Shown here in pieces: positions 60,595-64,000 of a stretch of 64,000 nucleotides of DNA. A program made the translations under genes and the position numbers. The stretch is from Gemmatales bacterium (lineage in GTDB: Bacteria > Planctomycetota > Planctomycetia > Gemmatales > HRBIN36). How positions within the stretch are numbered: position 1 is the stretch's first letter; each line of letters opens with the position of its first letter. The stretch is from positions 14,664 through 78,663 of the forward strand of contig JANXCQ010000001.1 of the NCBI GenBank assembly GCA_025060195.1. The letters run 5' to 3'. The notes beneath the pieces were generated by a model. That model searched no databases, was not told the DNA's origin, and saw nothing but the letters and a program-made list of their open reading frames with translations.

Positions 60595-60697
60595 TGTGTT
60601 TTGGAAAGATCACGTGGGTTCCGCGCAGATCTTCCTGCGCTCTAGCAAGACTTCCGCCGACCTTAGCACGCAGTGCAAGACGGCTCGCAGAAAGTCA

Positions 60698-60880
60698 TCA
60701 ATAATGGCAAGGAACAGACTTGATAGCGTTCACGACCTCTTCTTCGGGAACCTCCTCTGCAGTGCCGACGAAGCGGGTGTTGCGCCGATCCATGAGGATA
60801 GCGCGATCTTCTTGGACGTTCGCCCGAAGAGCAGCCAACAGGGTACGGCGCTCCGTGTCGGTTAGTGGGCGGAAATCCAT
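60698..60880 (-). CDS. Small 60-aa protein of the E1/E2/JAB locus (candidate modifier)
   Basis: Strong RBS GAGGAGG before ATG 60880. Sequence MDFRPLTDTERR...VNAIKSVPCHY followed by a double stop TGATGA. Confidence 0.75.
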   Translation of the reverse strand: MDFRPLTDTERRTLLAALRANVQEDRAILMDRRNTRFVGTAEEVPEEEVVNAIKSVPCHY

Positions 60881-60974
60881 AGCTGAATCCTCCTCACTCC
60901 TCATCCGTCGCTTCAGGACGTGCGGTGCGAGGGCAGACCACCGCAGTCCGCAATTGCACCTCTGCCGCTGTCCC

Positions 60975-62000
60975 TCAGCGCGTAGCCTCTACAATGTTGT
61001 TTTCCTCAGCAGGGCACAGTTCGCGTCGGCGCGCTAATTCCGCTAGCAGGAGGAACACGCCTCGATCCACCGGCGGTTCCCCATCTACCTCGTAAGTTCT
61101 CTGACCATCTTCGTAATACAGCCACATCTTGGGGCCATCCAAAAGCGCCTGAATGGCCTGACCGGACTCCAAGGGCAGGCGAATGCTTAAGTAATCCCAA
61201 GAACGCCCGTCCTCAGAGCGCTCGGTCAGCACTTCAACACTCAGCCGATTCAGGTGATGAAAGAGTTCTTCCAAACCGGCCGCGTGATATTCTAGAGTCT
61301 CCCACACGGGAAGCAGGGAAGCCGCTAAATCCTCGCCTAGAATCACCTGAACAGGAATCGGTCTGTATTGTCGGTCGCCTGCTGCTAACGCGTACCAGGT
61401 GAAGCGCATCCCGCGCCATTGCCAACTATTTTCAGTTGGCTGACTAACAATCGGGAGCTCCTCCTGGTCGCCTCGCTCCACTGTTCCAATACCGAATACC
61501 CCTTCTCTGCCTCGCAACTGACAGACCCATTGACTGTCGCCTTCATAATCGCCGCGACTAGGATGCCGTAGGCTACCCGGATGAGTGTGAGCCACGCCTA
61601 GGACGGTTAGCTGGCGATCGCGAGCGCGCAAAATTCGCGTGGCCACTGCTTGCGCCAAGGTGTTAAACCGTACGTGCGCGATGCCAGCTTCTCGGAAACT
61701 TCCCGCAGGTAACGCTGCTAACACCACCGCCTCGGCTTCACGACGATAGCCAAGCAAGACCCAACCAGTCTCTTCTTCGCCACGGTCGCTTTGCCGATGT
61801 TCTGCGAACATATCGAACAGAGACTTGACCGTAGCCGAACTGAACCAAACACGTTCTAAACGGCGCAACGCCTTCGGTTTGGTCAACTCCCCAGCAGGCC
61901 CCGGCGCACTTGCTATGGCCATGGTCTTGGCGGGCAAGTCAAGCCAGGCTTGCAGTCGTTGCCACAGCCGTTGCACGAAGCTTATCACGTTTAGCCACAT
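60975..62000 (-). CDS. JAB/MPN+ (Mov34) metalloprotease with C-terminal extra domain
   Basis: EETGWVLLG ... HTHPGSLRHPSRGD gives a complete E-xn-HxH-x7-S-x2-D JAMM motif. Start uncertain (62000, 62105 or 62222). Confidence 0.88.
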   Translation of the reverse strand: MWLNVISFVQRLWQRLQAWLDLPAKTMAIASAPGPAGELTKPKALRRLERVWFSSATVKSLFDMFAEHRQSDRGEEETGWVLLGYRREAEAVVLAALPAGSFREAGIAHVRFNTLAQAVATRILRARDRQLTVLGVAHTHPGSLRHPSRGDYEGDSQWVCQLRGREGVFGIGTVERGDQEELPIVSQPTENSWQWRGMRFTWYALAAGDRQYRPIPVQVILGEDLAASLLPVWETLEYHAAGLEELFHHLNRLSVEVLTERSEDGRSWDYLSIRLPLESGQAIQALLDGPKMWLYYEDGQRTYEVDGEPPVDRGVFLLLAELARRRELCPAEENNIVEATR

Positions 62001-62335
62001 GGGCAGATTGCGCCGGATCGGTCTGGGCAAGCCAGTCGGACCTGCTTCTATTGTTTCGGCCTGAGCGAGCCTGCCCTCGTCATCATACCCATGAGTGGTG
62101 CCCATGTCAAAGGGCGGTTCGAATTTTCCTCCAGAATTGACCGATTGGACCTCCAGTTTCTTTGACGCTCCATGAATCGTTCTGATCAATGACCAATTGA
62201 GTCCAAGGAAAACTAGCAACACGCTCGCTTGATCAAGATTCTGGCAGGTAATGCGTGGGGCGAAGTGTTGCGCTTTGTCGCGAGCGGGGTAGGCGAAATT
62301 TGGTTGAATCTAGTAACGTCGAACGTACCGATGCC

Positions 62336-63319
62336 TTATTCGATGTGCTGCCAATGGAGTAAGCCGCTATCATCGCGGACGGCTAAGGATTGGAAATGGG
62401 CTGAGGAAACCGTGTAGCGAACGCGGCGCAAGGAGCGATCAGCGAGGATGGCATTCATGCTCGACGGATGCGCTGCACCAAAACGGTAGAGAATGCCGTT
62501 ATTGTTGGGATACGGAGCCGCAGGGGGACTTTCTCGGCTGTCCATCGCGGGCGGCAGGGCGGCCGTACCGACAGTGTCAGGCCAGTTGCGATTATGCCAA
62601 CCGCCAATGTAGGATTCGTTGTCATAACAGCAAGGACTGCTATTGACTTCGCCACTATGAAACGATTTTTCGCCAATCAGCAACGTGTTGCTGGTTCCAT
62701 CGGGAATGCCGCTATCTAAGCTGATAGCACGGCGCACATAGCTCGGACCGCTGCGAATGATCGTGCCCGTGGCAGACCAATCTCCCAGGGAGGGACTGTC
62801 GTAACTGTGTACTTGTCCCGGAGGCGTGAAGGGTCCGTTGGTGCCGCCGTTGCCAAAGTAATCAATCCCAGCGCGCCCATCAGACTTCAGCCCAGGCTGC
62901 CGTCGGCTCGGACAAAAGTAAAGCGGGACTGGCGTAGTGGAGATAGGATTGATAGTATTGACACTGCTGCTGAAACCAGTTCCGGGCGTGTGATAGAGAT
63001 CGGTTTGCTCTAGGTAGGGCAAAATCTGATAGGCCCAGCCCCAATCTTGATCGGGAGGGGCTGCCGGCTGTCCTTGGACTAAAGTGCGTTCAAACCCTGC
63101 TCCGCCGGTCGGTAAGATGCCGTAATCGTGATGCAGCATATGGCAAGCCAGCACGATTTGCGACATATTGTTACCACAGCGCGCTCGGTTTGCCGCTTCC
63201 CTCACTCGTTGAATCGCTGGGAGTAATAGCGCCAATAACAGACCGATGATAGCAATGACTATCAGCAACTCGAGCAAGTTGAAACCTCGACGCTCATGAA
63301 CGACCGACCTATAGACCAT
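62336..63319 (-). CDS. DUF1559 protein with prepilin-type N-terminal cleavage/methylation motif
   Basis: RRGFNLLELLIVIAIIGLLLALLLPAIQRVREAANR, LPYLEQ, CPSRR, DGTSNT...GEK and H-x9-D. GGAGA RBS. Confidence 0.92.
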   Translation of the reverse strand: MVYRSVVHERRGFNLLELLIVIAIIGLLLALLLPAIQRVREAANRARCGNNMSQIVLACHMLHHDYGILPTGGAGFERTLVQGQPAAPPDQDWGWAYQILPYLEQTDLYHTPGTGFSSSVNTINPISTTPVPLYFCPSRRQPGLKSDGRAGIDYFGNGGTNGPFTPPGQVHSYDSPSLGDWSATGTIIRSGPSYVRRAISLDSGIPDGTSNTLLIGEKSFHSGEVNSSPCCYDNESYIGGWHNRNWPDTVGTAALPPAMDSRESPPAAPYPNNNGILYRFGAAHPSSMNAILADRSLRRVRYTVSSAHFQSLAVRDDSGLLHWQHIE

Positions 63320-63466
63320 GGCTCGCTCTCCGAAGGACGTGGCCCGAACTCTTCGGGGCAGAGACGCCGCGGGACGCGGCTTCGGTTGATCTGCGTCATT
63401 AACATGGTACCTAACAACGAAGCAATGGGCAATGAGTGTGGTTGCGAACAAGTCCTACGCTTACCG

Positions 63467-64000
63467 TCAGCGAGACGTGGGAGCGTGATGGACGGGAACA
63501 ACGTTGCTTTGACTTGATGTGGTCGGACCTAGCAGTTGCAGTGCGTAGCTGGCGTGTTCGCGGATGCGTGGATCTGGGTCGCGCAGTGCATGGTGGAGGG
63601 CTTGGCGCACCGCCGAAGAATCGGCCCGCATGAGGGTCAGAGATTGCAGGGCCTTAATTCTCACGGCAGGATGGGGATCGCGCTCCACCGCTTGCACCAG
63701 GGCTTCGACTGCGAAGGGATAACGCTGGGGTTCAATAACGGCAAGACGCGCGGCGGCCCATTCGCGTTGCTGCGGAGAGCCCGACGATTGCAGAACGTTG
63801 GTCAGAAAGAGCGTGTTGCGCAACGCGAGTGCCTCCGTGCCGCTTTGGCCCGACTGCAAGGCCAGAGCAGGCACTGGAGATTGGTGCGGGGGCACTAAGG
63901 GGCCTCGGGTCCAGGCAACTGGCGTGGCAGGAATGTTGGGCTGGCCAAGCACGACCGGTGGCACAATAGGGGGGAACATATGGGGATTTTGCATCGCCGC
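63467..64000 (-). CDS. HEAT-repeat protein, 5' end outside window
   Basis: QREWAAARL, DPHPAVRIKALQSL and DPDPRIREHASYAL. The frame is open to the window edge. Confidence 0.75.
   Translation of the reverse strand, partial: AAMQNPHMFPPIVPPVVLGQPNIPATPVAWTRGPLVPPHQSPVPALALQSGQSGTEALALRNTLFLTNVLQSSGSPQQREWAAARLAVIEPQRYPFAVEALVQAVERDPHPAVRIKALQSLTLMRADSSAVRQALHHALRDPDPRIREHASYALQLLGPTTSSQSNVVPVHHAPTSR

Noticed and set aside
60695..60700. TGA TGA after PCHY sits where a Gly-Gly (GGA GGA) tail would be, suggesting stop-codon recoding to Gly
   Set aside because: TGA ends many genes normally in this window (for example at 8105 and 36091), so there is no sign of an alternative code. Two independent G->T changes are unlikely. 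Only orthologue comparison could revive this.
57743..62000. CBASS type II (Cap2/Cap3) or Pycsar
   Set aside because: No nucleotidyltransferase, cyclase or recognisable effector, and E1 and E2 are not fused.
62105..62135. GGTTCGAAT resembling a tRNA T-loop
   Set aside because: No pairing T-stem, acceptor stem or anticodon arm around it.

Overview
The window looks like ordinary chromosome from a planctomycete, probably Gemmatales-like. This is inferred from family content: DUF1559 prepilin-like protein, two DUF1080 proteins, a PVC-type propeller/HEAT protein, a giant secretin and long LRR proteins. It holds about 41 protein-coding genes. Housekeeping and metabolic genes include cinA, comEA, a two-subunit pyruvate:ferredoxin oxidoreductase, csrA, an acyl-CoA dehydrogenase, a nagA-like gene, argC-trpB-trpA, asd and topA. 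I found no rRNA, tRNA, CRISPR array, transposase or integrase. The standout is a minus-strand five-gene locus at 57743-62000. It encodes a JAB/MPN metalloprotease, a 60-aa protein ending ...KSVPCHY, a stand-alone E2/UBC-like protein with a catalytic-position Cys, a ThiF/E1 adenylyltransferase with no Cys in its crossover loop, and a 428-aa unknown protein. This looks like a bacterial ubiquitin-like conjugation system that has no Gly-terminated modifier and does not sit in a defence island. Secondary observations include several enzymes with substituted catalytic residues (S41 protease, two alpha/beta hydrolases, NagA), a ~45-50 aa insertion in TrpA, modular super-repeats in the LRR protein and the secretin, structured non-coding leaders, and a 1.35-kb ORF-poor gap between convergent genes. 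All calls come from motif reading by eye; no database search was run.
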